Below are positions 11,466-22,480 of a stretch of 33,786 bases of DNA, in pieces. This stretch comes from Chiloscyllium plagiosum (taxonomy: Eukaryota). The notes beneath the pieces are model-generated. The model was given only the letters and a program-made list of their open reading frames with translations. It searched no databases and had not been told where the DNA came from. The position numbers and the translations under genes were made by a program. The stretch lies in NCBI RefSeq assembly GCF_004010195.1, contig NC_057719.1, positions 92,059,393 through 92,093,178 of the forward strand. The letters are read 5' to 3'. Each line of letters opens with the position of its first letter. The first letter of the stretch is position 1.

Positions 11466-12953
11466 AGACCGGTCAGCCTGATCTCAGTTATTGGTCAGAT
11501 TTTAGGATCCATTATTAAGTATGAGATTTTGGAATACTTGGAAGTTCCTGATAAAATGGGGCAGAGTCAGCACAACTTTGTTGAGGGGAACACTGAGAGC
11601 CTGACAAGTCTGCTAGAATTCTTTGAGGAGTTAAGGAACAAGTGCGGCAAAGGTGAGCCAGTGGATGTGATCCATTTGGATTTCCAGAAGGCCTCTGACA
11701 AGATCCTGCACAGAAGGCTGCTCAATAAGATAATGATGGTGTTGAGCACAAGGTAACGGCGTAGATAAAGGTTTGCCTGACTACCAGAAGAAGACAGATA
11801 GTGAGGATAAAAGGGTCTTTTTCAGGATGACAGCCCAAGACTAATGGAGTTCTATCAGGGTCAGTGTTGACACCAGAATTATTCACGTTATCAATTAATG
11901 ATCTGGGCAAAGGAACTGAGGACATTGTTGCTAAGTTTTCAGACACAAAGATAGTGTGGGACAGGCAGTGTTGAGGGAGCGGGGAGGCTACAGAAGGACT
12001 GGGGCAGGCTGGGAGAGTGGGCAAAGTGGTGGCAATGTGGTCAAGTGTGAGTTTACAGACTGTGGTCGGAGGAATAGAGGCATACACTATTTTCTAAGTG
12101 AGGAAAAGCTTTTGAAATTTGAAGCACAAACGGAGACTCAGTTCAGAATTCTCTTAGAGGTTAGCATTGGGTTCAGTTGGCAATTACAGAAGCTAATGCA
12201 ATGCTAGCATTCATTTCAAAGGGCTAGAATACATAAACAGGGATGTAATAGCAAGGCTGTATAAGGCTTTGCTCAGACTGCATTTGTGTATTCTGAGCAG
12301 GTTTGGGCCCAGGTTTGGGATGGACGTGCTGGTGTTGAAGGGAGCCCGGAGGAGGTTTACAAGAATGATCCAGGGATGAAGGGCTGAGGAGGGGCTGAGG
12401 ACTCTGAGCGTGTATTGATAGAGTTTAGAAGGATGAAGGGGATTCTGCTTGGAACTTACAGAACACTGAGAGGCTTGGATAGAGTGGAGGTGGAGAAGAT
12501 GGTTCCATTAGTAGAAGACATTAAGACCTGAGGGCACAACCTCAGAGTAAAGAGACAACCCTTTAGAATCGAGATGAGGAGGAATTTCTTTAGCCAGAGG
12601 GTGGTGAATCTGTGGAACTCATTGCTGCAGGAGGCTGTGGAGGTTAGGTCATTGAGTGTATTTAAGACAGAGATGGGTAAGTTCTTTAGTAAGGGGATCA
12701 AAGATCAAGGGGAGAAGGCAGCAGAATGGGGTTGAGAAATATCAGCCATGATTGTGTGCTGGAGCAGACTCAGTGGGCCGAATGGCCTATATTATGGTCT
12801 AAATTGAGAAAATTACTTTGTGAAAAATCATGTTGTGGGTAACATTCCTTCAGTTAAAGGGCGCCGCGGGATGGCCTTTTCCTGCTGGCTCTGCACGTGC
12901 TCCCACTGTCCTTGCAGATTCAAAGTTCACAAAGCGGACACCACATTGACCCA

Positions 12954-13170
12954 GGAGAAAGGGAGGACTGCAGATGTTGGAGATCAGAGTCGAGAGTGTG
13001 GTGCTGGAAAATTACTTGGCGGGGACAATGTGGTCGAGAGTGTGGTGCTGGAAAAGCACAGCAGGTCAGGCAGCATCTGAGGAGAAGGAAAGTCGATGTT
13101 TTAGGCAAGAGCCCTTCATCAGGAATAAGCCTCATTCCTGCTGTGCTTTTTCCAGCACCACACTCTCGAC
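12954..13170. mobile_element. Short fold-back PLE terminal-repeat insertion with captured inverted flank; decayed hammerhead at 13095-13122 (-)
   Basis: Starts with reverse tail GGAGAAAGGGAGGACTGCAGATG and ends CCAGCACCACACTCTCGAC; imperfect TSD 12940-12952 / 13169-13181. Confidence 0.82.
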
Positions 13171-13466
13171 CAAATTGTCCCCGCCAAGTAATTCCAATAT
13201 CGGGTATGGGCTGTCAAACACAAAGTGGCACAAAGCAGAATAGCATGTGGTGTTGAAAGCCATCCATGAATCAGCCTCTGTGCAGTGAGAATCTGCATTC
13301 ATATCTCAATTTGCACAATACAGTCTGAAACTTCTGAAAATACTGTCTTCCTTCCCACCCTGCAATCTGAAACACTAACACTGTTTTCTCCCACAATACA
13401 GTATGTGTTGCTGAAGGTTAAAAATCACACACCAGGTTATAGTCCAACAGGTTTAATTGGAAGCAC

Positions 13467-13495
13467 TAGCTTTCGGAGCGACGCTCCTTCATCAG
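13467..13495 (-). ncRNA. Minimal hammerhead ribozyme, family B (intact)
   Basis: CGC-CUGAUGA-A-GGAGC-GUC-GCUCC-GAAA-G-CUA-GUG; 5-bp stem II, palindromic AGCU stem III, 3-bp stem I CGC/GUG. Confidence 0.82.
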
Positions 13496-13552
13496 GCGAT
13501 AGTGGTGTACACAATTGTAAGACACAGAATTTATAGCAAAAGTTTACAGTGT

Positions 13553-13751
13553 TTTTTTAAAGATTTTTTTTAGATTACTTACAGTGTGGAAACAGGCCCT
13601 TCGGCCCAACAAGTCCACACCGACCCGCCGAAGCGCAACCCCTACCTTTATCCCTTCACCTAACACTACGGGCAATTTAGCATGGCCAGTTCACCTAACC
13701 GGCACATTTTTGGATTGTGGGAGGAAACCGGAGCACCCGGAGGAAACCCGG
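13553..13751 (-). mobile_element. 5'-truncated HE1-type SINE inserted in the left PLE arm
   Basis: SINE tail and core; 5-bp TSD AGTGT (13548-13552, 13752-13756); the uninterrupted site is visible in the right arm. Confidence 0.88.
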
Positions 13752-14108
13752 AGTGTGATGTAACTGAAATTATACATTGAAAAATACCTTGATTATTGTA
13801 AAACTTTGTTTTCTCACTTTTTAGATTAGAATCAATCTAAACATCAGGCCATAGACAGAGAACACAGGGGGCTAACACCTTCAACATATTGTCTCGCTAA
13901 TGCTGATTGTTACAGCTAACCTGAGAATGCAACTTAAAAAAAAAAGGTTTGTGATTTACACATGAAAGAAGTGAAACTTTCATGATATTCTAACAAATGA
14001 AAGACTCAACAAACAATCAAGGCATTTTTCAATGTATAATTTCAGTTACATCACACTGTAAACTTTTGCTATAAACTCTGTGTCTTACAATTGTGTACTC
14101 CACAATCA

Positions 14109-14137
14109 CTGATGAAGGAGCAGCGCTCCGAAAGCTA
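14109..14137 (+). ncRNA. Minimal hammerhead ribozyme, family B
   Basis: CUGAUGA-A-GGAGC-AGC-GCUCC-GAAA-G-CUA-GUG; core intact, one base missing in the 5' strand of stem I relative to the other copy. Confidence 0.78.
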
Positions 14138-14559
14138 GTGCTTCCAATTAAACTTGTTGGACTATAACCTGGTGTTGTGTGATTTTTAACTTTGTACACC
14201 CCAGTCCAACACCGGCATCTCCAAGTCATGTGTTGCTGAAGCAGTTGTTCTAGGACCTGCAGCGGTATGTGGCGACAGAGAGAGAGAGAGAGAGAGCACT
14301 GAGGTGGGTATCTGGAGTCATTGTCTGGATACTCCCTGGAGGATATGGGAGGGAAACCTGATGGAATGATGGTTCAGGCAGACAAAGAACACTCTCAACC
14401 AGATATAAACCAGAAACTTAATTCCATGTAAATATTGAGCTCTCCTTGTTTAACCTAAATTTCCCTCTGTGCTTGTATTGACCTGGTGACAGCGGAGTAA
14501 ATAAATCCTCCTTCGTGATCTTTGGGCCATCCATGGGATTAAATCTCATGTTACACCTC

Positions 14560-14580
14560 TGACATAGTCAGGTAGGATTC
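14560..14580 (+). other. Degenerate primer-binding site complementary to tRNA-Ser 3' end
   Basis: TGACATAGTCAGGTAGGATTC vs TGGCGTAGTC-GGCAGGATTC (complement of the vertebrate tRNA-Ser 3' end, recalled): 3 transitions + 1 insertion, 4 nt after TGTTACA. Confidence 0.65.
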
Positions 14581-14813
14581 CACATCACAGAGATCAGGCT
14601 GAATGAGGTTGAGAGATGTCAGGCCGAGGTGGAGTGGATGGTGGAGGAGTTGAAATTGGCAATACCTGAGGGGGAGGCTGAAACTGACCTTTGCACGCTC
14701 AGGTATTAGCAGAGAGAGTTAGACATTTTGGCCATACCCAGGCAAACCTCTCCCATGTGCATTCACTTGATGCTATGAGGGACAGAGCTGGTACTCCAGG
14801 TCAGATACTCCAC

Positions 14814-15449
14814 CAACCTCCGTATACATTGCATCATGCTCCGCCATTTCTGCCACCTACAAACGGATCCTACCAGCAGAGAGATATTTCCCTCCCCACC
14901 CCTCTCCGCCTTCCGAAAAGACTGTTCCTTCCGTGACTACCTGGTCAGGTCCACGCCCCCCTACAATCCACCGTCTCCTCCTGGCACCTTCCCCTGCCAC
15001 CGCAGGAATTGCAAATCCTACGCCCACACCTCCATCCATGGCCTTCCACATCCATCAAAGTTTCACCTGCACTTCCGCACATGCCATTTACTGTAAACTT
15101 TGCTCCCGATGCAGTCTCCTCTACATTGGGGAGACAGGATGCCAACTCGCTGAGCGATTCAGAGAACATCTCTGGAGCACCCGCACCAACCAACCTCATT
15201 GCCCCGTGATCAAACTCTTCAACTCCCCCTCCCACTCTGCCAAAGACATGCAGGTCCTGGGCATTCTCCATCACCACTCCCTAACCACCTGATGCCAGGA
15301 GGGAGAACGCCTCATTTTCCCCATTTATCTCTCAGCCCCGAGGCTCCCAGCCTCATTCCTGATGAAGGGCTTTTGCCTGAAATGTCGATTCTTCTGTCGA
15401 TTCTCGGATGCTGCCTGATCTGCGTGCTTTTCCAGCACCATACTCTCGG
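14814..15449 (+). mobile_element. Penelope-like element fragment (GIY-YIG endonuclease + terminal repeat)
   Basis: PGTFPCHRRNCK, FTCTSAHAIYCKLCSRCSLLYIGETGCQLAERFREHL; exact 20-bp TSD CTCCAGGTCAGATACTCCAC (14794-14813, 15450-15469). Confidence 0.9.
15359..15386 (+). ncRNA. Minimal hammerhead ribozyme, family A (two CpG-type changes)
   Basis: CUGAUGA-A-GGGC-UUUU-GCCU-GAAA-U-GUC. Confidence 0.7.
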
Positions 15450-15602
15450 CTCCAGGTCAGATACTCCACTTGTAGAAGAGTAGTAAGCTGGCCCAAAAAC
15501 AATCTGGTGAATGAAGACTGAATTAAGTATGTGGAGCTAGTGATGACATCCAGGGACCTCAGTGCAAGTCAGCAGGCCCTGATCATGATGGAACATCTCA
15601 TA

Positions 15603-16270
15603 GAGTCATAGAGATCTACAGTACAGAAAAGAGCTCTTCGAACCATTGGTCAAAAATGACCGCTTAACTATTCTAACCCCATTTTCCAGCAGTCTGCCCA
15701 TAGCCTTGGCATCCAAATCCTTCTTCAATGTGATGAGGATTTCTGCCTCTCCCACCCTTACAGGCAGGGAATCCCAGATTCTCACCATCATCTGTGCGAA
15801 AAAGGTTTATTCATACATCCCCTCTAATACTTCTGTTCCTTACCTTCAATCTCTGCTCCCAGTCATCGATCCTTCCATCAATGGGAAAGTCCACCCTATC
15901 CATTTCCTGTATAATTTTATACATTTCAATCATGTCCACCTCTCAATCTCCTCTGCTCTCAGGAAGACAACCCCCGGTTTTTCCAATCTCTCTTCATAAC
16001 TGAAACTCTCCAGCCCAGGCAACATCCTGGTAAATCCCCTCCGCACCCACTCCAGTGCAAACACGTCCCTTCTATGATTTGGACTCCAGAACAATTCGCT
16101 AGCTGTGGCCTAACCAACATTTCATACAGTTTAGGGATCGGCTTTATGCCTTGTGGAATAAAGCCAAGTGTCCCATAATCCCTCTCAACCACTTTATGAA
16201 CCTCTCCTGATACCTTAAGGGACTGGAACACACCAAGTTCCCTCTGATCCTCAGTGCTTCTTATCATCCA
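15603..16270 (-). mobile_element. CR1-clade LINE 3' fragment inserted in Gypsy gag
   Basis: LYEMLVRPQLANC and VVRIWDSLPVRVGEAE-type motifs; CR1 tail at ~15605. Confidence 0.85.
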
Positions 16271-16679
16271 TGTGGAAAAACCCATCAGAAGAAGTGGGAA
16301 GAGGTATGAGGTGGAGGTTTTATGAGGAAAGGTCATCCAAAGAAAGGGATCTGGTCTCTGTGACACTGAGGTTGGGCAGGCTGTTTGATCATATCGTCCT
16401 CCTGGATCCCTCCGTCCGATCAATCAGGGACAGGCTGCAGAAGCAGGGAGGGGTAGGAGTGTCCTGATAAAGTTGAGAGGCTTCACAGCGACAAACCTCC
16501 GATGTGACCCGAGCACATGGGGGAATCACAGCAGCCAGAACACAGGGAAAGATTGGATTCCTAAGAGCAGGAACGAGGTAGCCGTCAGTGAAGTGACTGT
16601 CAGTGTGGATGGGAGTGTAGACGCAGGCTGAAAAAAAACAGGAGGAACAGATTATGTTCTGCCAACGTATGGAACGTTT

Positions 16680-17107
16680 CAGAGACTGGAGACTAACTTG
16701 CGGACCACTTCAGAGAGCATCTCTGGGACACACGCCTGAAACAACCCCACCGCCCCGTGGCCGAACACTTTAACTCCTCCCCTCCCACTCTGCGGAGGGC
16801 ATGCAAGTCTTGGGCCTCCTCCACCACCAGGTTCTAGCCATCCGATGCCTCATCTTCCACCTTGGAACCCTCCAACCACACGGGATCAATGTGGATTTCA
16901 CCAGTTTCCTCGTTTCCCTGCCCCCCCCCCTCCACCTTATCCCCCTCCTCCCATTTATCTCTCAGCCTCCTCCTTGGGCATCCCCTTCTGATTAACCTCG
17001 AAATGTCAATCCTCCTGCTCCACAGATGCCACCTGACCTGCTGTGCTTTTCTAGCACCACACGTTTTGACTCTGATCTCCAGCATCTTCTGTCCTCACTT
17101 TCTCCTC
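16680..17107 (+). mobile_element. Penelope-like 3' fragment with tail; decayed hammerhead 16988-17007
   Basis: FREHLWDT..QPHRPVAEHFNS..MQVLGLLH..LIFHLGTLQPHGINVDF, then terminal repeat ending CTCACTTTCTCC. Confidence 0.85.
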
Positions 17108-17427
17108 CCTCTGAGAGCCAGACTGCGGTGGGGATAATGTCCCTTCAGGAAGGGGTTCAGCTAACGATAGGGGTTTGCCCCACAGTCAGTGTGAACTTCC
17201 ACAAGGTCATGTCCAGCGTGTGAGCTGACTGATGACTTTTCCCTCCTCCAGGTTCCTGCATCACAGGGGTCAGACTCCTCCTCCACCCTGGCTACACTGA
17301 GCTCTCCCTAACTGTCTTCAACCACATTCTTTTATAACCCCATGGGGCTTCTGACACCTTGTGACCCAATCAATCCTTCAACGTAAGGAAGGATATTGAG
17401 AATATCCGTGGTCTTGGAGAACATAAG

Positions 17428-17700
17428 GGTAGATGATGGCCTAGTGGTATTATCACTAGACTGTTAATCCAAAAAACCAGCTAACGTCCTGGGGACTTGG
17501 GTTCAAATCCCTATCATGTCAAATGGTGGAATTCAAATTCAATTAGAATTTGATTTTGGATAAAACCATCTGGTTTACTAATGTCCTTTCAGAAATCCAT
17601 CATCCCTACCTGGTCTGGCCTACGTGTGACTCCAGACCCACAACAAATTGGTTGACTCTCTGGGCTATAAGTGATACTCACGTCTCATGAATTAATACAA
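17428..17700 (+). mobile_element. tRNA-derived SINE (not HE1 type)
   Basis: A box TGGCCTAGTGG, B box GGTTCAAATCC, body ...CCTGGTCTGGCCTACGTGTGACTCCAGACCCACA... Confidence 0.72.
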
Positions 17701-18774
17701 GAATGGCATATTAAGAGAAATGGAAGCATCCTTAGAAAGACTGCTTAGAGTCAAACGTTACTGACATGTCGCAGCAGTCTTTGACCTTGTTGGGTGGACT
17801 CTAGATGTACCAGCCTCTATGGGACATTAGAAATGTTTATGTAGAATGAGCTGGGCTGTTCCTGAAGGCTCGGCCAGCTATTTCCAGCTGGTCAACATCA
17901 GACCTTGATAAACTGTGACCCTCGGAGCAAAGCTCCCTCTTGGTGCTGCTCTGGGAGCTGCCGCGGGAGACAGGGGAGGGAATGTACTCAGATTACCAAT
18001 CCTATGATGGTGATGGTGATGGTGAGCCTGCTCCAGCCACAGGCAGTGGCCTGAGTGGTGGAGACATCTCAAGCCTCATTCCAAAGATGGACATTGTGAA
18101 TCAGTCGACGTGACTCTTAGTAACAACAACGCAGGCGCTGGGTGGAGTGAGCTGGTGAGCCCCAGGATTGTAAGTAAAGATGGCTGTCTGGTAAAGATTG
18201 CTTCCACCCTAACGTGATTGCACCATCCCAGCCCAGGGACTTCCTGCAGAGGTTGTTGGAGGGAGAGAGAGTCATCAAGACCAGACACCTCCCCATAGTC
18301 ACCTGTCCTATGATAGGAAACTCTGTCGCTCCCTGGGCCCTCAATGCAAAAACTCATAAAGATGCTTCCCTACTTCCAAGGACTGAGGAAAGTTTTCAAA
18401 AGATGCAAAATATATTTTTTTAATCCCGTCCTGATTTGGCCCATAGTTATAAACAGCTGAACCAGCCATTGTAAAAACAGCATTTTGGACAGACCCCGAG
18501 GGGTCTGAATACTATTCAGTCTCTGGGATGCCCCTGCCAGCTTCATGCGTATGATGGATAAAGCTTTTAGTGACTTAAGTTTCCAGTCCCTCCTTGTGTC
18601 TCTGACTGACATACTCAACTTTGGCTCAACATTTGTGAAGACCATTGCAATGTGAGGCATCAGCTTAACCCACTTGTCAGTTTAGCTTAAGTCCAACCTG
18701 AGAGAAGCCAGACTAAAGAACCTCGGGCACTTTGTTACTAAGAAAAACATTACTCATGACAACGGGAAAGAAAA

Positions 18775-19329
18775 TCATAGAATTCCTACAGTGTGGAAGC
18801 AGGTCATTTGGCTCATCAGGCACCCCCATCCAGACCCAACCCATCCTTGTACACCATGACTGATCCACCTAACCTGCACATCCCTGGACCCTATGGGCAA
18901 CCGAGCATGGCCAATCCACCTAACCTGCACATCTCTCCTCCCACAGTCTAAAGATGCTCTTTGGAGGCTTGGTGTGGACTCAATGGGCCAAATGGCCTAC
19001 TTCCACTCTGTAGGCACCCTTCCATTGTAAGTCCACAGCAACCCTTTGCAGAGCAGTCCAACTGGACCCAGTCCCCTACCCTTGTATATGCCATGGCTAA
19101 TCTGCCTGGCCTAAATATTCCTGGACACTATGGGCAATTTAGCACAGCTAATTTACTTTACCTGCAAATCTTTGGATTGTGGGAGGAAACCGGAGCACCC
19201 GGAGGAAACCCACGCGGATGCGGGGAGAATGTGCAAACTCCACACAGACAGTCACCCAAGGCGGGAATTGAACCCAGGTCCCTGGCGTTGTGAGGCAGCA
19301 GTGCTAACCACTGGGCTACTGTGCTGCCC
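18775..19329. mobile_element. Cluster of three HE1-type SINE pieces (-, +, -) inside Gypsy pol
   Basis: 18775-18935 minus (with duplicated TCCACCTAACCTGCACATC), 18936-19012 plus, 19020-19329 minus with tRNA head. Confidence 0.82.
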
Positions 19330-19919
19330 TCAAGGGGGAGGGAGATGGGTGGATTCCTTGGTCTAGCTGGTTACCAAAGGAGGTTTGTGCAAGGTTTTGC
19401 ACAATCTGCTGCCCACTTCACAACCTACTGAGGAAATGAGAGAATACTGAACAGTCTGGAAACAGGGCACTGACGATGATGAGCTGAGGTCATATTGAAT
19501 GGCGGTGTAGGCTGTAAGAGCCAAATGGCTTAATCCCTCCCCTATTTTCTATGTCTCTGTTGTTTCCGGGAAGGCAGGCTAGCACGGGGACAGATCATCT
19601 AATGTTGCATATCTGGTCAATTACTCCACACTATTTGGGGCATCTTGCCCGTAGGTAAACTGACTGCTGCGTTCCCTGCTCTGTAACAGTTTTGGAACAT
19701 CTGCTGTTTGGAAAAGTCTACATGGATGTAAACCTTCCATTTAAAAGCCAAAACATTAGTGATGGGCTGAATGGACTCTGTGTGTACAGTCTGTATCCCC
19801 AGATATTCCCGCACCTTTCATTGCAGTATGCCATTAAGAAGTAGAGTACTGCTTCCACCAACAGGGGGATGACAAATCCCACAGCACGTTGTAAGGTTCA
19901 TATTCACTCTTATTCACTC

Positions 19920-19952
<33 letters not shown>
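19920..19952. repeat. (GA)n microsatellite
   Basis: Direct inspection; a shorter (GA)n also lies at 14277-14297. Confidence 0.95.
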
Positions 19953-19953
<1 letters not shown>

Positions 19954-20279
19954 ATGTTCCCTGGGTTAAATCAGTTGTATATCGGAACTTGATTGAAAAT
20001 AGTGAGCGAGAATGCATTTAGAGGAGAGATTGTTGCTCTTTCTGTCAGTTGAGTTTAACCAGTGAGCTGGGATTGGTATTTCTCAATCCACGTTCAATTC
20101 CCCCCAACCCCTGGGATGTTTCCTTTACAAACAGCTAGTGGAATGTGTATGTGGTGTAATGTAATACTGCTGTAATGTGGAAAATACAGCTGAAAAGTGG
20201 TGGAGAGCACGTTCCCATAAGGAGTTAAATACCAGATAATTATTTCTCTTTAAGTGAAGTGCATTGAGAGATAAATGTA

Positions 20280-20880
20280 TAGTCATACAGCAAGAAAACA
20301 CTCCCTCGCTCCAACCAGTCAACATTAGTTCCCAAACTAAACTAATCCCTCCTGTATGCATTTGGCCCATATCCCTCCAAACATCTTTCAAATGTTGTAA
20401 CTATATCTGCATCCACCACTTTCTCTGGCAGTTCATTCCACATACTAACCACCCTCTGTGTAAAACAATTGCCCCTCATACCCTTATTAAAACTTTCTCC
20501 TCTCACCTTAAAAATATACCCCAAGTTTTGAACTCCCCCACCTTATCTATGTCCATGATTATAAACATCTATTACATCACCCCTCAACTTCCTACACTCC
20601 AGTGAAAATAAGTCCCAGCCTACCCATCCAATATATCTCAAACCCTCCATTCCCAGCAGCATCCTGATAAAGCTTTTCTGAACCTTTTCCAATTTAATAA
20701 TATCCTTCCTATAGCAAGGTGACCAGAACTGGATGCAGTCTTCCAGAAGAGGCCTCACCAATGTCCTGTACAACCTCAACATTAAGTCCCAACTCCTATA
20801 CTCAAAGCTCTGAGCAATGAAGGCAAGTGTGCTAAATGCCTCCTTAACCAGCCTGTCTACATGTGACACAAATTCCAAAT
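20280..20880 (-). mobile_element. CR1-clade LINE 3' fragment
   Basis: LYRTLVRPLLEDCIQFWSPCYRKD and FTQRVVSMWNELP. Confidence 0.92.
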
Positions 20881-20924
20881 ATGTTCTGGTATTATGTGGA
20901 GAACTCTCCTCTTCATCCTCAAAT

Positions 20925-21260
20925 TTTGGTTTGATTTAATTTATCATTGATCTGATTTATAATTGTCACGTACCAAGAGACAGTGAAAAGTACTGTTCTG
21001 CCTGCTGTCCAGACAAATCTTACCTTACATAGGCACATCAAGGTAATAGAACAGTTCCTCAAAGAAGGTTCAGAGAAATATCCTCTGTAATATATGAGGG
21101 GTCCATTTATAAGTCTAATGACAGCGAAGAAGAAGCTGTTCTTGAATCTGTTGGTACGTGTTTTCAAATAGGAGGAGGAGGTTGGTCGAGAGTATACCCA
21201 GGGTGTTAGGGGTCTTCGACTATGTTGGCTGCTTTCCCGGGACAGCGGCAAGTATAAACT
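20925..21260 (-). mobile_element. Rex1/Babar-like LINE 3' end
   Basis: LKTRTNRFKNSFFFAVIRLING matches the Rex1-type ORF C-terminus, followed by 3' UTR and an AATCA-rich tail. Confidence 0.7.
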
Positions 21261-21269
21261 ATAGTGCCA

Positions 21270-21420
21270 TGGGATCCTTCGTTTGAGACAGCAGTGTCCC
21301 TGACAGTGTAGAGTTGCCGCACAACTGTACTTGAGTGTCAGCCTGGTTGATGTGCTGGAGTGGGACTTGAACACACAGAGCTTTGACTGGAGTAAAGGGT
21401 GGCCATCGACTGAACCAGGT
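21270..21420 (-). mobile_element. Old tRNA-derived SINE head (Deu-SINE-like)
   Basis: Reverse B box GGGACTTGAAC and GAGTGTCAGCCTGG..GTGCT..GGAGTGGG body; heavily decayed. Confidence 0.55.
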
Positions 21421-21559
21421 TGATAAACCCCATCATATCTCCTGCCATTTATCACTGTGAGAACTGATGTTTCCCAGGACAGGCAGGTAGATGGATCCTC
21501 AGCTAGTCCATAACACTGCATAATTTCACCTGACTGACCTTTCTATTACTCAGACTCTC

Positions 21560-21980
21560 ATAGACATTCACAGCACAGAGTGAGACCATTCAGCTACCAT
21601 GTCTGTGCTGGTCAATAAAGGTCTAACTATTTGAATCCCATTTTCTAGCTCTTGGTCTATTGCCCTGGAGGCTATGGCAATGCGCATGTATATCTAAGGA
21701 CTGTTTTATAATGGTAGGAGAGTTTCGGACTCAACCTCCCTCACAGGCAGTGATTCCTAGACTTCCACCATCCTCTGGGTGAAAATATTTAATTTGAGCT
21801 CTCCTCTTATCCTTCTACCTTAACTCAATGCCCCATGTTATTTACCCCTCTGCTCAATATCTATTCATAACCTAATTCCTTGCCTTGTCAGCCCTGTTCT
21901 GGGTTGAATTTCATTTGTCACCACATTGATCACATAACCATTCTATTATAGAATCATAGAGATGTACAGCATGGAAACAG
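21560..21980 (-). mobile_element. CR1 3' ends (decayed, two pieces)
   Basis: CR1 3' UTR-like sequence 21560-21890 and tail ATAGAATCATAGAGATGTACAGCATGGAAACAG before the gap. Confidence 0.7.
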
Positions 21981-22480
21981 NNNNNNNNNNNNNNNNNNNN
22001 NNNNNNNNNNNNNNNNNNNNNNNNNNNNNNNNNNNNNNNNNNNNNNNNNNNNNNNNNNNNNNNNNNNNNNNNNNNNNNNNNNNNNNNNNNNNNNNNNNNN
22101 NNNNNNNNNNNNNNNNNNNNNNNNNNNNNNNNNNNNNNNNNNNNNNNNNNNNNNNNNNNNNNNNNNNNNNNNNNNNNNNNNNNNNNNNNNNNNNNNNNNN
22201 NNNNNNNNNNNNNNNNNNNNNNNNNNNNNNNNNNNNNNNNNNNNNNNNNNNNNNNNNNNNNNNNNNNNNNNNNNNNNNNNNNNNNNNNNNNNNNNNNNNN
22301 NNNNNNNNNNNNNNNNNNNNNNNNNNNNNNNNNNNNNNNNNNNNNNNNNNNNNNNNNNNNNNNNNNNNNNNNNNNNNNNNNNNNNNNNNNNNNNNNNNNN
22401 NNNNNNNNNNNNNNNNNNNNNNNNNNNNNNNNNNNNNNNNNNNNNNNNNNNNNNNNNNNNNNNNNNNNNNNNNNNNNNNN

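Larger units (their letters stand above)
8600..12800 (+). mobile_element. Near full-length decayed CR1 ORF2 (EN+RT) with 3' tail; hosts a PLE and a SINE
   Basis: EN motifs LRVLYANAHSV, ITETWLQ, IIMGD; RT motifs VIPLLKKGGR, LTSLLEFFEE, DVIHLDFQKASDKILH; 3' UTR to ~12800; many stops and frameshifts. Confidence 0.92.
13417..14227 (+). mobile_element. Non-coding PLE (family B) with inverted terminal repeats and 37-nt tail
   Basis: 13417-13794 (minus the SINE insert) is the reverse complement of 14015-14190; tail 14191-14227; exact 14-bp TSD ATGTGTTGCTGAAG (13403-13416, 14228-14241). Confidence 0.85.
14242..19440 (+). mobile_element. Fossil Ty3/Gypsy LTR retrotransposon, fragmented by nested insertions
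   Basis: LTR-like end AATAAA (14500)...TGTTACA (14555); PBS 14560-14580; gag-like ED*IKYVELVMTSRDLSASQQALIMMEHL (15513-15599) and LGRLFDHIVLLDPS (~16370); protease-like IGVCPTVSV and GYTELSLTVF (17165-17330); RT LNAKTHKDASLLPRTEESF, DLAHSYKQ, KTAFWT, APASFMRMMDKAFSDLSFQSLLVSLTDILNFGSTF, LGHFV (18340-18740); GFLGLAGYQRRFVQGFAQ (19351-19404). Confidence 0.85.

Noticed and set aside
12900..12953. Splice acceptor CTGTCCTTGCAG and possible exon
   Set aside because: No recognisable peptide, and a PLE insertion follows within 40 bp.
17878..18072. Poly-His ORF on minus strand
   Set aside because: A short (GATGGT)n repeat within the antisense of decayed Gypsy sequence.
19855..19873. CTCF-like CCAACAGGGGGATG
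   Set aside because: Mismatches at several high-information positions; not supportable from sequence alone.
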